From the NCBI GenBank assembly GCA_964641225.1, contig CAZXKC010000001.1, positions 131,602 to 195,601 on the forward strand: a DNA stretch of 64,000 bases, given 5' to 3'. Below the pieces are notes generated by a model, which was not told where the DNA came from, searched no databases, and saw nothing but the letters and a program-made list of their open reading frames with translations. Made by a program: the position numbers and the translations under genes. This document shows, piece after piece, positions 1 to 10,643 of the stretch. The DNA comes from an uncultured Candidatus Saccharibacteria bacterium (GTDB lineage: Bacteria > Patescibacteriota > Minisyncoccia > UBA6257 > 1-14-0-10-44-23). Positions within the stretch are counted from its first letter, which is position 1. The number at the start of each line of letters is the position of its first letter.

Positions 1-1056
1 TATATTCTTATCGGCAAACTTGTCACTACTGAGGATTCTTTGATCACGATGGAGGTTTCTCGTACCGCAGAAAGCAATTTGCGGATTGCTGCCGATACGC
101 TTGCGACACTTTCTTCGCTTCCGCATAGCAGCGAGATTAGCCCGATCGCTGAGTTTTCGGGCGAAATAGAGGTTGCTTCAACTACGGGGTTGGTGACGGT
201 TCGTCTCGTTAATCCGAGCTATTTTCGTTTGACCGGAACAAAGGCCTCTATCGGCGAGGCCCCTCAAGAGTCTACTCCCGGCATACTACTTACAAGCCAG
301 GCGGCAAAGCTTCTTGGGTTGCCCGCCGATCAAACTATTATTGGTTCGGTGGCGCATATCAAGGTTGATTATGATGAGAGCGGAGGATCAAAAGTTGAGC
401 AGGTTGGTCTTATCAAGCCGTTGCCGGTTGCCGGTATTCTCAGCGATGACGCTCAGCCGCCTACGCTTATCGTTCCGCTTTCGCAGGTTGCAAAAGCGCC
501 GCCGTATTTTAAGTCTGTCCTCGTCAAGGCAGAGACGATCGATACAGTGGTACCTTTGCGTGATCAATTGCTTAGCGATGGGTTTGCGGTATTGGCTCGT
601 ATTGATCTTGTTAATCAGGCCCGCCAGGTGACCAATATTTTCACTATTGTTTTGGCGATTTTCGGTATTACAGCCCTTATTGTTTCATCCCTGGGAATGC
701 TTAATACTATGATCGTCGGATTTATGGAGCGTATTTACGAAGTAGGTGTTATGAAGTCGCTCGGCGCTACAGATGGCGATATCAAAAAAATGTTTTTAAT
801 GGAGGCGTCGCTCATGGGATTTTTAGGCGGTGTCTGCGGCGTCATTCTCGGTGTCGGCGGCGGTGCACTTATTAATGTGCTGCTTTCCGCCGTAGCTCGT
901 CATTTTGGAGGATCTTCGATTAACCTGTTTATGACTCCTTGGTGGTTTATTGTTTTTATTCTTTTTACATCATTTTTCATTGGTATGATTTCCGGTTTTT
1001 GGCCGGCAAAACGTGCAGCATCTCTTTCGCCAAAGGAGGCATTTATTCGAAAGTAA
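1..1056 (+). CDS. MacB/FtsX-family ABC transporter permease (5' partial)
   Basis: Frame open from base 1; C-terminal FtsX motif 'GMLNTM..ERIYEVGVMKSLGAT..IKKMFLMEA' and 'WPAKRAASLSPKEAF'. Confidence 0.9.
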   Translation, partial: YILIGKLVTTEDSLITMEVSRTAESNLRIAADTLATLSSLPHSSEISPIAEFSGEIEVASTTGLVTVRLVNPSYFRLTGTKASIGEAPQESTPGILLTSQAAKLLGLPADQTIIGSVAHIKVDYDESGGSKVEQVGLIKPLPVAGILSDDAQPPTLIVPLSQVAKAPPYFKSVLVKAETIDTVVPLRDQLLSDGFAVLARIDLVNQARQVTNIFTIVLAIFGITALIVSSLGMLNTMIVGFMERIYEVGVMKSLGATDGDIKKMFLMEASLMGFLGGVCGVILGVGGGALINVLLSAVARHFGGSSINLFMTPWWFIVFILFTSFFIGMISGFWPAKRAASLSPKEAFIRK

Positions 1057-1226
1057 AAGTGGAAGCGCAAAAAGTTTTTTACGATAGTACGAGGAAGTTC
1101 CTGCTCGAAGGCGAGGGTCAGCGGTATGCCGTACAACTGAAATAAATTACCGCTGTTACTCGTAAATAAGAGAGGGTTGCTTGTGGTTTTAGGGCTAAAA
1201 AGGTGCTATAATGCTAGAGAAAGAAG

Positions 1227-1260
1227 CTATTGACAAAATAGCATATAGTATGCTATAATA
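1227..1260 (+). promoter_or_regulatory. sigma70 promoter (TTGACA-18-TATAAT, extended -10 TG) with palindromic operator ATAGCATA-N3-TATGCTAT
   Basis: Read directly; identical 34-mer on minus strand at 27742-27775. Confidence 0.85.
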
Positions 1261-1414
1261 TACTATATGCGGTGTAGGGCCTGGTGCTGATCAAATCAGC
1301 TTCAAGCTCTGCCTCGCACGGTGCAAGGTAGACCCGAGGTCCAGGGGATGGACGGTTGGCGAAAGCCAACACCCGCGCTGGTTATAACGACCAGAAACGG
1401 AAAGGAAAAGAGTC

Positions 1415-1627
1415 ATGAGTCAGCAGCTTACGAGGGAGCAGGTCGTCAAAGACCTGTTCGACGGCAATGAGCAGGAGCTCGTCAGCCGGTTTGCAGAGGT
1501 CGCGTGGGCGCCCGAGTCCCACATGATCAGTCTCGATGTGAAGGGGTCTCTCGGTCTGCTCACGCAGATCGACGCGGAGAACTTCACGCTCGAGATCGCC
1601 GGCGATTTTGCCGGCGCTTGGCGGTAG
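1415..1627 (+). CDS. GC-rich orphan small protein (70 aa)
   Basis: Own promoter, AAGGA upstream of ATG, C/G-ending codons, downstream hairpin plus T-run. Confidence 0.65.
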   Translation: MSQQLTREQVVKDLFDGNEQELVSRFAEVAWAPESHMISLDVKGSLGLLTQIDAENFTLEIAGDFAGAWR

Positions 1628-1873
1628 TCCGCCTGAGTCACCGCGGCGCAGTTGGGTCTCCGACCCTCTGCGCCGCTTCGCTTTTTTTGCCCATGACATT
1701 TCTTCTCGGCGCTAGCCGGTAAGATTAAAAATGTCTTGGCGCATGCCGCGAAACCATGTATGCATGTTGTTTCGGCGGCACACTTCTGGTATCCTTTTCT
1801 CTATGCCGGGCAGTAGAGATGCGCCAACTGCCTTCGGCTAGTTTACAATCAAAGGCGCATCACACTTCCCGGC

Positions 1874-2383
1874 ATGCAAAAGTATATTATTTTTATTGTT
1901 GTTGCAGGTATTATCATTATCGGGGCGATGATGCTTAAAAAGCCGAGTCAGCCGGTTGCTGTTGTTTCAGACGACGCATATGCGGCATCTACATCGACTG
2001 AGTCAGTTGTTTCTGGTACAGCTGTTATAAACCCTAAACCAATTACTATGGCAAACGGATTAATCATTGAAGATGTAAAAATCGGTAACGGAGAGGAGGC
2101 AAAGAGCGGTATGCTTGTGAGCGTTCACTACGTAGGCACGCTGACAAATGGAAAAAAGTTTGACAGCTCGCGCGATCGCGGTGAGCCATTCCAGTTTCCG
2201 CTTGGTCAGGGGTACGTTATCAAAGGCTGGGATCTTGGCGTTGCCGGTATGAAAATCGGCGGCATTCGTAAACTGACTATTCCGGCTGAGCTTGGCTATG
2301 GTGCCGCTGGTGCAGGCAGTTCTATCCCGCCAAACGCAACGCTTAATTTTGAAGTTGAGTTGCTTGGTTTGCGTTCTCACTAA
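1874..2383 (+). CDS. FKBP-type peptidyl-prolyl isomerase with N-terminal anchor
   Basis: VHYVGTL..GKKFDSSRDRGEPF, VIKGWD, IPPNATLNFEVELL. Confidence 0.95.
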   Translation: MQKYIIFIVVAGIIIIGAMMLKKPSQPVAVVSDDAYAASTSTESVVSGTAVINPKPITMANGLIIEDVKIGNGEEAKSGMLVSVHYVGTLTNGKKFDSSRDRGEPFQFPLGQGYVIKGWDLGVAGMKIGGIRKLTIPAELGYGAAGAGSSIPPNATLNFEVELLGLRSH

Positions 2384-2496
2384 GACGGTTGTACAAATTC
2401 CCCGGTTCGCCGGGGAATTTGCTTATTTTTAAAAATTTTGGTATTCTTTATTCACTGAAATTTGGCCGCTGGCCTTTTTTGTTTCCAGCATTATTT

Positions 2497-4287
2497 ATGG
2501 CAAGTCCTAATATCCGCAACATTGCAATCATCGCCCACGTTGACCACGGTAAAACAACCTTGGTTGATGCGCTTTTAAAACAGTCTGACAACTTCACCAT
2601 GAAGGTTAACGGCAGCGGCGAACTGATCATGGACAATAACGAGCTTGAGCGCGAGCGCGGTATTACGATTTTGGCAAAGAATGCTGCGATTAGTTATAAA
2701 GGAACGAAGATCAACATAGTGGATACGCCAGGTCACGCAGACTTCGGCGGTGAGGTGGAACGCATTATGAGTATGGTAGACGGCGTGCTGCTTTTGGTTG
2801 ACTCGCAAGAAGGGCCGATGCCACAGACCAAGTTCGTGTTGAAAAAAGCGATTGAGGCCGGACACAAGGCGATTGTTGTCGTAAACAAGATTGATAAGCC
2901 GGCGGCTCGGCCGCAGTGGACGCTCGACGAGACGTTTAGTTTGTTCGTTGATCTTGGTGCCTCAGATGAGCAGGCGCATTTTCCGGTTGTCTACGCATCA
3001 GGCATCGCCGGTAAGGCGGGACTTGAGCCGGATATCACGAAGATGAAGGATGTCACGCCGCTGTTTGATAAAATTTTGGAATATATTCCGGCGCCGGTGG
3101 TTGATGAAAAAGCGCCGCTGCAAATGCTGACGATCAACCTTGCTCACGATACGTATAAAGGAAAGATGGCAATCGGCCGATTGCACTCTGGTACCTTAAA
3201 GCCGGCTCAGCAGGTAATGCACATTGATCGCGCTGGAAAGATGAAAAAGGCGCAGCTGACCAACGTGATGATTTTTGATGGTATGAATCGTAAAGAGGCC
3301 ACCGAGGTAGTTGCCGGAGATATTTGTGCAATTGCCGGAATTCCAGATATCACCATCGGCGAAACGATTGCTGACATTAACGACCCGCGTCCGCTCACGC
3401 CGATTAAAATCGACGAGCCGACGATTAAGGCCGTGTTTATGGTGAACAAGAGTCCGTTTGTGGGTAAAGAAGGACAATACATTACGAGCCGCAATATTAA
3501 AGAGCGATTGGAGCGTGAGACGGAAACTGATGTGGCTCTTAAAATGGAGACGACGGAGGACTCAGACCGTTGGATTATGTCCGGTCGCGGTGAATTGCAC
3601 TTGGCGATTTTGATTGAAAAAATGCGTCGCGAGGGATTTGAGCTTGCTGTTGGTAAGCCGCAGGTAATTTATAAAGAAATTGATGGTGTGAAAAATGAGC
3701 CATTTGAGCTTGTAAGTATTGAGGTACCTAACGACTCTGTCGGCGTCGTAATCCAGGACTTTGGTCAGCGCCTTGGCGAGATGCGGCATATGACGGCCGA
3801 TGGTCCGATTACGAAACTTGAATTTTCAATTCCAACCCGCGGTTTGATCGGATACCGCAGTGATTTTATGACGCGCACAAAAGGACTTGGAATTATGAAC
3901 ACGATTTTTGATGCGTACAAGCCAATGAAAGGAGAGATTACGAAGTTGCCGCACGGTTCGCTTATTGCTACTGAAACAGGCGAGGCAACGAATTACGGAT
4001 TGTTGATGGCGCAGGAGCGCGGTGTGCTCTTTATTGCCGCCGGTACAAAGATTTACGGCGGAATGGTTGTTGGTAAAAATGCAAAAGATATGGATTTGCG
4101 CGTGCATGTCGGTCGCGAAAAGCAGTTGACTAACTTCCGTGCAAAGAACGAGGGTATTGGCGCATTTTTGGAGGCACCGACTGAGATGACGCTTGAGGAT
4201 TCTTTGGAATATATTGCTGATGATGAAATCGTGGAGGTGACACCGAAGTCAATTCGAATTCGAAAGATGGATTTGAAGGCGAAGTAG
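2497..4287 (+). CDS. typA: Translational GTPase TypA/BipA
   Basis: [51 protein letters not shown]; start reassigned to ATG 2497. Confidence 0.95.
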   Translation: MASPNIRNIAIIAHVDHGKTTLVDALLKQSDNFTMKVNGSGELIMDNNELERERGITILAKNAAISYKGTKINIVDTPGHADFGGEVERIMSMVDGVLLLVDSQEGPMPQTKFVLKKAIEAGHKAIVVVNKIDKPAARPQWTLDETFSLFVDLGASDEQAHFPVVYASGIAGKAGLEPDITKMKDVTPLFDKILEYIPAPVVDEKAPLQMLTINLAHDTYKGKMAIGRLHSGTLKPAQQVMHIDRAGKMKKAQLTNVMIFDGMNRKEATEVVAGDICAIAGIPDITIGETIADINDPRPLTPIKIDEPTIKAVFMVNKSPFVGKEGQYITSRNIKERLERETETDVALKMETTEDSDRWIMSGRGELHLAILIEKMRREGFELAVGKPQVIYKEIDGVKNEPFELVSIEVPNDSVGVVIQDFGQRLGEMRHMTADGPITKLEFSIPTRGLIGYRSDFMTRTKGLGIMNTIFDAYKPMKGEITKLPHGSLIATETGEATNYGLLMAQERGVLFIAAGTKIYGGMVVGKNAKDMDLRVHVGREKQLTNFRAKNEGIGAFLEAPTEMTLEDSLEYIADDEIVEVTPKSIRIRKMDLKAK

Positions 4288-4372
4288 ATATTGAGGAGCT
4301 CTGACGATCATCGCCGGGGTTCCATTTCGCTGCTTGCTCGTCTGGCTCTAAGCCTGTATTATCAATTGAGCG

Positions 4373-5458
4373 ATGACAAGCCGTACTATTCAACTTTCCT
4401 TCTTTTTTATTATCTTTGGCATTACGACGTTGCTGGGTTTTTTCATTTTCAAGCCTTATTTGAACACGCTAGTTCTTGCGGGAACATTTGCAATTATTTT
4501 TTATCCTTTGCACCTTCGTTTAGAACGTAAGTTTGGCGGAAAGCATCCTAGTATTGCTGCAGCGATCACTGTTATCCTTGCCAGTCTAGTCATTTTCGTT
4601 CCCGCTTCGTTGCTTGGTACTCGCGTATACCAAGAGGCAGCAGCGCTCTATCAGCGTCTGAGTGATTCGACCGCGCGTGAACAGGCACCACTACCACCCG
4701 CCTCAGAGAACGCGAGTCCATTCGTGTTACAAATTCGGGAGAAGATCGATAGCGGTATCACAACTTTTATGAGTACTTTGAATAGCTCTATCCATCAATC
4801 TTTTGGTTGGGTGCTTAGTAACGCAGGAGATTTTTCGCGGCGCATTGGTGATATAGGTATTCGTTTCTTTATCTGGTTTTTAGCATTTTATTATTTCTTA
4901 CGCGACGGACATCGTCTTCGCAAAATATTCGTTACCCTGAGTCCGCTTTCCGATAAATATGATAATGAAATTGTTGTCCGTATTACTTCATCTGTTAAGA
5001 GCGTGATCGGCGGATCCCTTATCGTAGCTATTATTCAAGGAGTTGCAGCAGGCGTGGGTATGTGGATTTTTGGAGTGCCATCTCCGGCAATCTGGGGAGC
5101 AGTCGCAGTGCTGGCAGCTCTCGTGCCGACAGTCGGCACCGCGCTCGTTATCTTGCCTGCAGCCGGTTATCTGTTTCTTTTGAGTAAAACAGTGCCAATG
5201 ATTGGCCTGCTTGTCTGGGGACTTTTAGTGGTCGGAATTATCGATAACGTTTTGAGGCCAAAACTCATAGAGCGAGATACAAAAATCCATCCGCTTATCG
5301 TTTTGCTTTCTGTGCTTGGCGGCATTGCCTTACTTGGCCCCGTTGGCTTCCTTATTGGCCCTATCGTTATGAGCCTGCTTTTGGAATTTTTAGCAATTTA
5401 TAATGAGATGATTCTGCATCACAAAAATGCAGCCTTCGAAAACAACCTCTCTTCTTAA
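4373..5458 (+). CDS. AI-2E (PerM/TqsA) family transporter
   Basis: Multi-TM; 'IDNVLRPKLI..IHPLIVLLSVLGG..GPVGFLIGP'. Confidence 0.9.
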   Translation: MTSRTIQLSFFFIIFGITTLLGFFIFKPYLNTLVLAGTFAIIFYPLHLRLERKFGGKHPSIAAAITVILASLVIFVPASLLGTRVYQEAAALYQRLSDSTAREQAPLPPASENASPFVLQIREKIDSGITTFMSTLNSSIHQSFGWVLSNAGDFSRRIGDIGIRFFIWFLAFYYFLRDGHRLRKIFVTLSPLSDKYDNEIVVRITSSVKSVIGGSLIVAIIQGVAAGVGMWIFGVPSPAIWGAVAVLAALVPTVGTALVILPAAGYLFLLSKTVPMIGLLVWGLLVVGIIDNVLRPKLIERDTKIHPLIVLLSVLGGIALLGPVGFLIGPIVMSLLLEFLAIYNEMILHHKNAAFENNLSS

Positions 5459-6002
5459 GGCCGGCGGAGTTGGCGTGCTTGCTACTGACACAATTTACGG
5501 TGTAGTCGGCCAAGCTACTAACCGCGAGACTGTCGCACGTTTGTATACGGTGCGCAGGCGAAGCCCGGAAAAACCGTTTATTGTTTTGATTAGCGATTTG
5601 GGTGATTTGATGCAGTTCGGCGTCCATTTACGAGTAAATGAAGAGGCGCTTGTAAGAAAATTATGGCCCGGATCGGTTAGTATTGTGCTTCCGTGCGCGA
5701 GCGATGATTTTTTCTATTTGCATCGCGGAACAAAGACTTTGGCATTTCGTATGCCCAAACCGCTTGTACTGCGCAAGCTCATTGCCGAGACGGGACCGCT
5801 TGTTGCGCCAAGCGCAAACATTGAAGGCCAGCCTCCGGCGACAACTCTTGAAGAGGCTCGTGCATATTTTGGCGATCAGGTTGATTTTTATGAGGATTCT
5901 GGGAAGGTTGAGGGTGCTGCTTCAACCCTGGTTGAGATAAAGAACGGGAAGGTGCATGTTTTGCGTGAAGGTTCGGCGGTGATTCCAAAAGCTTTATTAT
6001 GA
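5427..6002 (+). CDS. tsaC: L-threonylcarbamoyladenylate synthase (TsaC/Sua5)
   Basis: TDTIYG, WPGSVSIVL, APSAN, STLV..LREG motifs. Confidence 0.9.
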   Translation: MQPSKTTSLLKAGGVGVLATDTIYGVVGQATNRETVARLYTVRRRSPEKPFIVLISDLGDLMQFGVHLRVNEEALVRKLWPGSVSIVLPCASDDFFYLHRGTKTLAFRMPKPLVLRKLIAETGPLVAPSANIEGQPPATTLEEARAYFGDQVDFYEDSGKVEGAASTLVEIKNGKVHVLREGSAVIPKALL

Positions 6003-6715
6003 AAAAGAAAGTTGCAGTCTTCGACATAGACGGGACTATCTTTCGTAACTCGTTGTTAATCGAGCTTCATTGGAAAATGGTTAAAGAGGGGATTATTCCG
6101 CGCACGACTATCACTAAGATAGATAAGTTGTATTGGCAATGGGTGCGACGAAAGGGAAGCTACGATGACTACTTGTGGTCAGTCATAGAAAATTTTGATA
6201 CACACATTGCGGGAGTGCCTGTTAAAACGGTTGCGAAACTTGCCCGTAGAGTTGTTAAAACTCAAAGCGATATTGTATATCGGTATACGCGTGACTTAGT
6301 TAAGCGTTTGTCGAAAACGCACATATTGGTAGCTATTTCGGGCTCGCCGGAAATCATCGTTAAAGAATTTGCGCGAACTTGGAAGTTTGATTATTTTATC
6401 GGAACTTTGCACGCTACAGAGCGCGGTTATTTTACAGGCGAAAAAAAGTGGGTTGCTTCGGAGGACAAGGCAGCCGCACTTGCGTTTTTAGAGCAGCGTC
6501 ACGGTTTTAAAGTAGGCAAAGGCTCTGTGGGCGTCGGTGACACCGAAAGTGATATTAAGATTTTTGAGTTAGTGGAAAACCCAATTTGTTTTAATCCGAC
6601 AGGGGATTTATATAAGACCGCAGCACGCAAAGGTTGGCACATCGTAGTTGAGCGAAAAGATACCGTGTTTGAAATTAAAAAAGGAAAGGTGCTTCAATCG
6701 CATGGAGAAGAGTAG
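5999..6715 (+). CDS. HAD-IB family phosphatase
   Basis: FDIDGT, ISGS, GDTESD motifs. Confidence 0.88.
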   Translation: MKKKVAVFDIDGTIFRNSLLIELHWKMVKEGIIPRTTITKIDKLYWQWVRRKGSYDDYLWSVIENFDTHIAGVPVKTVAKLARRVVKTQSDIVYRYTRDLVKRLSKTHILVAISGSPEIIVKEFARTWKFDYFIGTLHATERGYFTGEKKWVASEDKAAALAFLEQRHGFKVGKGSVGVGDTESDIKIFELVENPICFNPTGDLYKTAARKGWHIVVERKDTVFEIKKGKVLQSHGEE

Positions 6716-7640
6716 CTACGACGTTATCGTTATTGGTGCCGGGCCTGCAGGGTGGAGTGCGGCTACATTTCTAGTACGTGCGAATATTAAGACGCTCGTG
6801 ATTGGTGATTTGGCGCAGAGCGGGCTTGCGGACGCCGCTGATGTGCAAAATTTTGTTGGATTTCCAAAAGGCATCGCCGGTACAGAGCTGCTTGATCAGA
6901 TGCGACAGCAGGCAACTGGGCAGGGAGCAACTTTTTTAAAAGGTGAGGTAACGCATGTGGAAAAGATCAACAATAGACAAGAAACAAAAAACAATTTTTT
7001 GGTACGAACTGCTGCGCGCGAGGAGTTTGTTGCAGAACGTTTGCTTCTTGCGCATGGCGCTAATTTTATTAAGGTGAATTTACCGGGTGAAAAAGAGTTA
7101 GTTGGTAAGGGAATCCACTACTGTGCCCTTTGTGATGGGCCACTCTATAAAGGAAAGGAGGTGATTGTGCTTGGAAATGGTAATTATGCTGCTGAGGAGG
7201 CCTTACAACTTGTCGGGATGGGGGCAAAGGTGAAAATTATTACCCACGCCATAGAACCGAATATTGCGCCGGTGTATCAAAAGCTTTTGGCCGCTCAAAA
7301 AATTTCTCTCACGATCGGTAAAGCAGAAAAATTTGGGCCGGGCATTACAATCTCTTTAAAAAAGAAAGATGGCGTAGTTGAAGAAAAAACTGATGCAGTA
7401 TTTATTGCCTTAGGAGTCGCCTCATCGATGGTATTCGCGCAGAAGCTTGGCTTAGAGATGAACGGTAACTTTTTGAAGGCTGACGAAAACGGTCGCACGA
7501 ATGTTGCCGGTGTCTGGGTTGCTGGTTTAGCGCGCGGCGGAGTTAACCAAGTTGCAAAGTCAGTAGGCGAGGGCGCCTCTACTGCGGTTGATATAATTAA
7601 AGCTATTACTGGTCTACCTCAATATCTAGACCACACTTAA
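6702..7640 (+). CDS. Thioredoxin reductase-like FAD/NAD(P) oxidoreductase
   Basis: IGAGPAG, CALCDG redox motif, GNGNYA. Confidence 0.85.
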   Translation: MEKSSYDVIVIGAGPAGWSAATFLVRANIKTLVIGDLAQSGLADAADVQNFVGFPKGIAGTELLDQMRQQATGQGATFLKGEVTHVEKINNRQETKNNFLVRTAAREEFVAERLLLAHGANFIKVNLPGEKELVGKGIHYCALCDGPLYKGKEVIVLGNGNYAAEEALQLVGMGAKVKIITHAIEPNIAPVYQKLLAAQKISLTIGKAEKFGPGITISLKKKDGVVEEKTDAVFIALGVASSMVFAQKLGLEMNGNFLKADENGRTNVAGVWVAGLARGGVNQVAKSVGEGASTAVDIIKAITGLPQYLDHT

Positions 7641-7760
7641 TAGCCGTAATTTTGCGCATTTCGTTGTTGCTTTGCTGCGAACCTCCTTCGCCGTACGACT
7701 ACTGTACGGCTCAGTCGTTTCTCGCTCGCGCCTAGAACTGCATCAAAATTACGACTATTA
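7638..7760. repeat. 123-bp palindromic element, copy 1
   Basis: 91-bp core 68/91 identical, ungapped, to 27229-27319; 16-bp inverted arms. Confidence 0.8.
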
Positions 7761-7793
7761 TTTCGTTGTCGTTTCTATTATCATTGTAAATGT

Positions 7794-8339
7794 ATGATCG
7801 TGGTGTTTACCGGCAACGGAAAAGGCAAGACAACTGCGGCGCTTGGGGCGGCTGTTCGGGCTGTCGGTCGCGGGCAAAAGGTTCTTATAGTGCAATTTAT
7901 TAAGGGGCCATGGCAGAGCGGCGAGGATTTTTCGACGCAGCTTTTGACCGAGGAGGTTTTGGCAAAAAGCAAAATCGGTAAAGGAGGCCTCACGTTTAAG
8001 AAAATGGGACTAGGCTTTGTTGGTATTTTGGGGGACCAATTGCCGTTTGAAGAACACGTGAAGGCGGCCCAAAAGGCACTTGCGTATATCAAGGAACAAC
8101 TGCCACAGTACAACATGGTTGTGATGGACGAGGTAAATGTCGCCGTGCAGCTAAAACTTATAGCGGCAAAAGAGGTACTTGAGGTATTAGAGGGAATAGA
8201 GGATAGTAAGATTGTCGTACTAACTGGGCGTGACGCTCCGCAGGACTTTTTAGATAGAGCTGATTTGGCGACTGAGATGAAGGAGATTAAGCATCCGTTT
8301 AATAGCGGCAAGTTAGGTAAACTTAATGTTGAATTCTAG
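7794..8339 (+). CDS. btuR: Cob(I)alamin adenosyltransferase (BtuR/CobO/CobA family)
   Basis: VFTGNGKGKTTAALG, VQFIKG, DEVN, LTGRDAP..ADLATEM..IKHPF. Confidence 0.9.
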   Translation: MIVVFTGNGKGKTTAALGAAVRAVGRGQKVLIVQFIKGPWQSGEDFSTQLLTEEVLAKSKIGKGGLTFKKMGLGFVGILGDQLPFEEHVKAAQKALAYIKEQLPQYNMVVMDEVNVAVQLKLIAAKEVLEVLEGIEDSKIVVLTGRDAPQDFLDRADLATEMKEIKHPFNSGKLGKLNVEF

Positions 8340-8343
8340 AAAT

Positions 8344-8925
8344 ATGAATGAAAATCCAGACAATCAAATCCCGAATGACCTAGACGATCTTGAGGCTCCC
8401 GATCGTACGACGCTTGAGGATTTAGTAGGGCAGGTCAAGCGTTTGGTTGGTGATCAGCCAACTGAATATCCAGATGGGCAATCTCGGATTTGCAGCCGAA
8501 CTTTCCCATTCTCCGAAGATCCTCATGGCCCTCACCAGGAAATCGAGGTTGGTTATTTTCCTGGAAGCGAATTATCTGAAGGTGCGACTTTGAGGCCAGG
8601 AGAAGAACCGAAAACATTGGTGTGGGTAAAAATTTCAACAATCGCTCATGGTCATTTGCATCGCGATGAATATCAGGTCAACAATGATTTGAGCTACGAT
8701 AAGACAACGGAAGACTATACGCCGGAAGAACGTAATCAGGGTCTAATTGCTCACGCTGACGGCGCAGAGACGGTAGTCGAAGCAACTCCAGGATTCATGG
8801 AAAGCCTTGAGCGTCGAGAGACAGAGATTAAAGAATATATTAAATTGCGTAAGAAAGGAGTTAGGGAGGGTAGCAAAAAAGCATTCAGCGGCTTAGCTAG
8901 GCTGCTTGAGGGGTATAAAATTTAA
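8344..8925 (+). CDS. Hypothetical acidic protein
   Basis: 193-aa ORF tightly packed in operon; no recognisable motif. Confidence 0.7.
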   Translation: MNENPDNQIPNDLDDLEAPDRTTLEDLVGQVKRLVGDQPTEYPDGQSRICSRTFPFSEDPHGPHQEIEVGYFPGSELSEGATLRPGEEPKTLVWVKISTIAHGHLHRDEYQVNNDLSYDKTTEDYTPEERNQGLIAHADGAETVVEATPGFMESLERRETEIKEYIKLRKKGVREGSKKAFSGLARLLEGYKI

Positions 8926-8930
8926 TTTGA

Positions 8931-9539
8931 ATGATTCAAATCTTTTTCGTCATAGTTTTAATATTTTCCGTTATCATCCATGAAATTTCGCATGGATATA
9001 TTGCGCTGCTTCTTGGAGATACAACGGCGAAGGATGCCGGACGGTTAACGCTGAATCCGCTCAAGCACATTGATATCTTCGGATCCGTTATTTTCCCACT
9101 TTTGATGATCTTTTCTGGTGGGCCGGTGTTTGGTTGGGCAAAACCGGTGCCGTATGATCCGCGATTTTTAAGAAATCCGAAAAAAGGAGCCGGGCTGATT
9201 GCGCTCGCAGGACCGGGGAGTAATTTGGTGCTCGCGATTATCTTTGCACTCGTGAGCCGTATCCTAACTACATTTCCAGCTACTGACTTTATGCAGGCGC
9301 TTTATATTTTGGTTGTCATCATCGTGCAAGTGAACATTTCTTTGGCGGTTTTCAATTTATTACCGATTCCGCCTTTAGACGGATCAGGGATTTTATTTTC
9401 ATTTCTGCCGCGGGGAACTGAAAAAGCGCAGTATTTTTTGCAGCGCTACGGATTTATTATCCTTGTCGTGCTTATTTTCTCGGGCTTAGATTTTTTGCAT
9501 CCGATTATGAGTGCGCTGTATAAATTACTTTTGGGTTAG
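8931..9539 (+). CDS. Site-2 protease (M50) family
   Basis: HEISH, GWAKPVP, AGPGSN, FNLLPIPPLDG. Confidence 0.93.
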   Translation: MIQIFFVIVLIFSVIIHEISHGYIALLLGDTTAKDAGRLTLNPLKHIDIFGSVIFPLLMIFSGGPVFGWAKPVPYDPRFLRNPKKGAGLIALAGPGSNLVLAIIFALVSRILTTFPATDFMQALYILVVIIVQVNISLAVFNLLPIPPLDGSGILFSFLPRGTEKAQYFLQRYGFIILVVLIFSGLDFLHPIMSALYKLLLG

Positions 9540-9603
9540 AATTCGTCGCTATAGTTGATTCGTTTTGGTTGATTGTGATAGGGTAGCTCTGAGGGAGGTC
9601 AAT

Positions 9604-10023
9604 ATGATCAGAGTCGTTGCGGCGTTCCTGCTGTACGGCGTAATGCTTGCCGCTGTGGTTGTTGCCTTTCTGGACACCGAGAATCGGATCGACTGGATCG
9701 TGGTGCTCTTGTTTCTATTTCCGCTTCGCCAGGTCGCCCATTGGCTGTACATCGGGAGTCCGTGGCTGATTCGGCAGCAAAAAGAGCTTGGTATGCCGGT
9801 TTCTGCGACCAAGCTCTTTTCCGAAGTCGCGGCCGGAGTTTGCATCTACTGGTTCTCGCTTCTTCTCGCGGCTGCTCTTCTGACAGGGCACTGGATTGAG
9901 TCTGCCATGCTTGGGTTTATTGTTTTCATGACATGGGAGATCCGAAAGGCTTCTATCAGAAGGAGATATATCCGAGCACAGATCGCCGAGTTCAAAGTTG
10001 CCGACGGCGAAGATGCTGAATAG
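9604..10023 (+). CDS. Orphan membrane protein (about 4 TM), SD-led
   Basis: GGGAGGT 4 nt before ATG 9604; hydrophobic helices. Confidence 0.7.
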   Translation: MIRVVAAFLLYGVMLAAVVVAFLDTENRIDWIVVLLFLFPLRQVAHWLYIGSPWLIRQQKELGMPVSATKLFSEVAAGVCIYWFSLLLAAALLTGHWIESAMLGFIVFMTWEIRKASIRRRYIRAQIAEFKVADGEDAE

Positions 10024-10220
10024 CAGTGTATTAGGTCCCGACGCGGCCTCGCCCGTCGGGACCGCTGTCGTTTGACAAACTCCTCATCTTTCTCTATATT
10101 TATCACATCCGCTAACGCGGACATTTTGTTTACGTATGCGACACCGATTAGATCCCGGTGTGTCATGCTGACAGCAGACGTACGCAGAACTACATTTATA
10201 TTGAATATTTGCATTAAAAA

Positions 10221-10643
10221 ATGCCTACAATCCGACAATTAGTGAAGCGAGGTCGCACGTCTACCCACGCGAAATCAAAAGCTCCGGCGACGCAGCGTTA
10301 CTTCAACTACATCCTCAACAAGCCGAAACAAATTCCTGCGCCGTTTAAGCGTGGTGTTTGCATTCAGGTAAAGACAATGACTCCGAAAAAGCCAAACTCA
10401 GCTATCCGAAAGATTGCCCGTGTTCGTCTGACCAACGGTATGGAAATTACTGCCTACATTCCGGGAGAAGGACACAACTTGCAGGAGCACTCTGTCGTTA
10501 TGGTTCGCGGAGGCCGCGTGAAAGATTTACCAGGTGTTCGTTACCACATCGTCCGCGGCGTGCTTGATACTGCCGGAGTTGAAGGACGCAAACAGCAGCG
10601 CTCAGCCTACGGTGCAAAGACCCCGAAGGCAACAAAGGAGTAG
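10221..10643 (+). CDS. rpsL: 30S ribosomal protein S12
   Basis: [23 protein letters not shown]. Confidence 0.99.
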   Translation: MPTIRQLVKRGRTSTHAKSKAPATQRYFNYILNKPKQIPAPFKRGVCIQVKTMTPKKPNSAIRKIARVRLTNGMEITAYIPGEGHNLQEHSVVMVRGGRVKDLPGVRYHIVRGVLDTAGVEGRKQQRSAYGAKTPKATKE

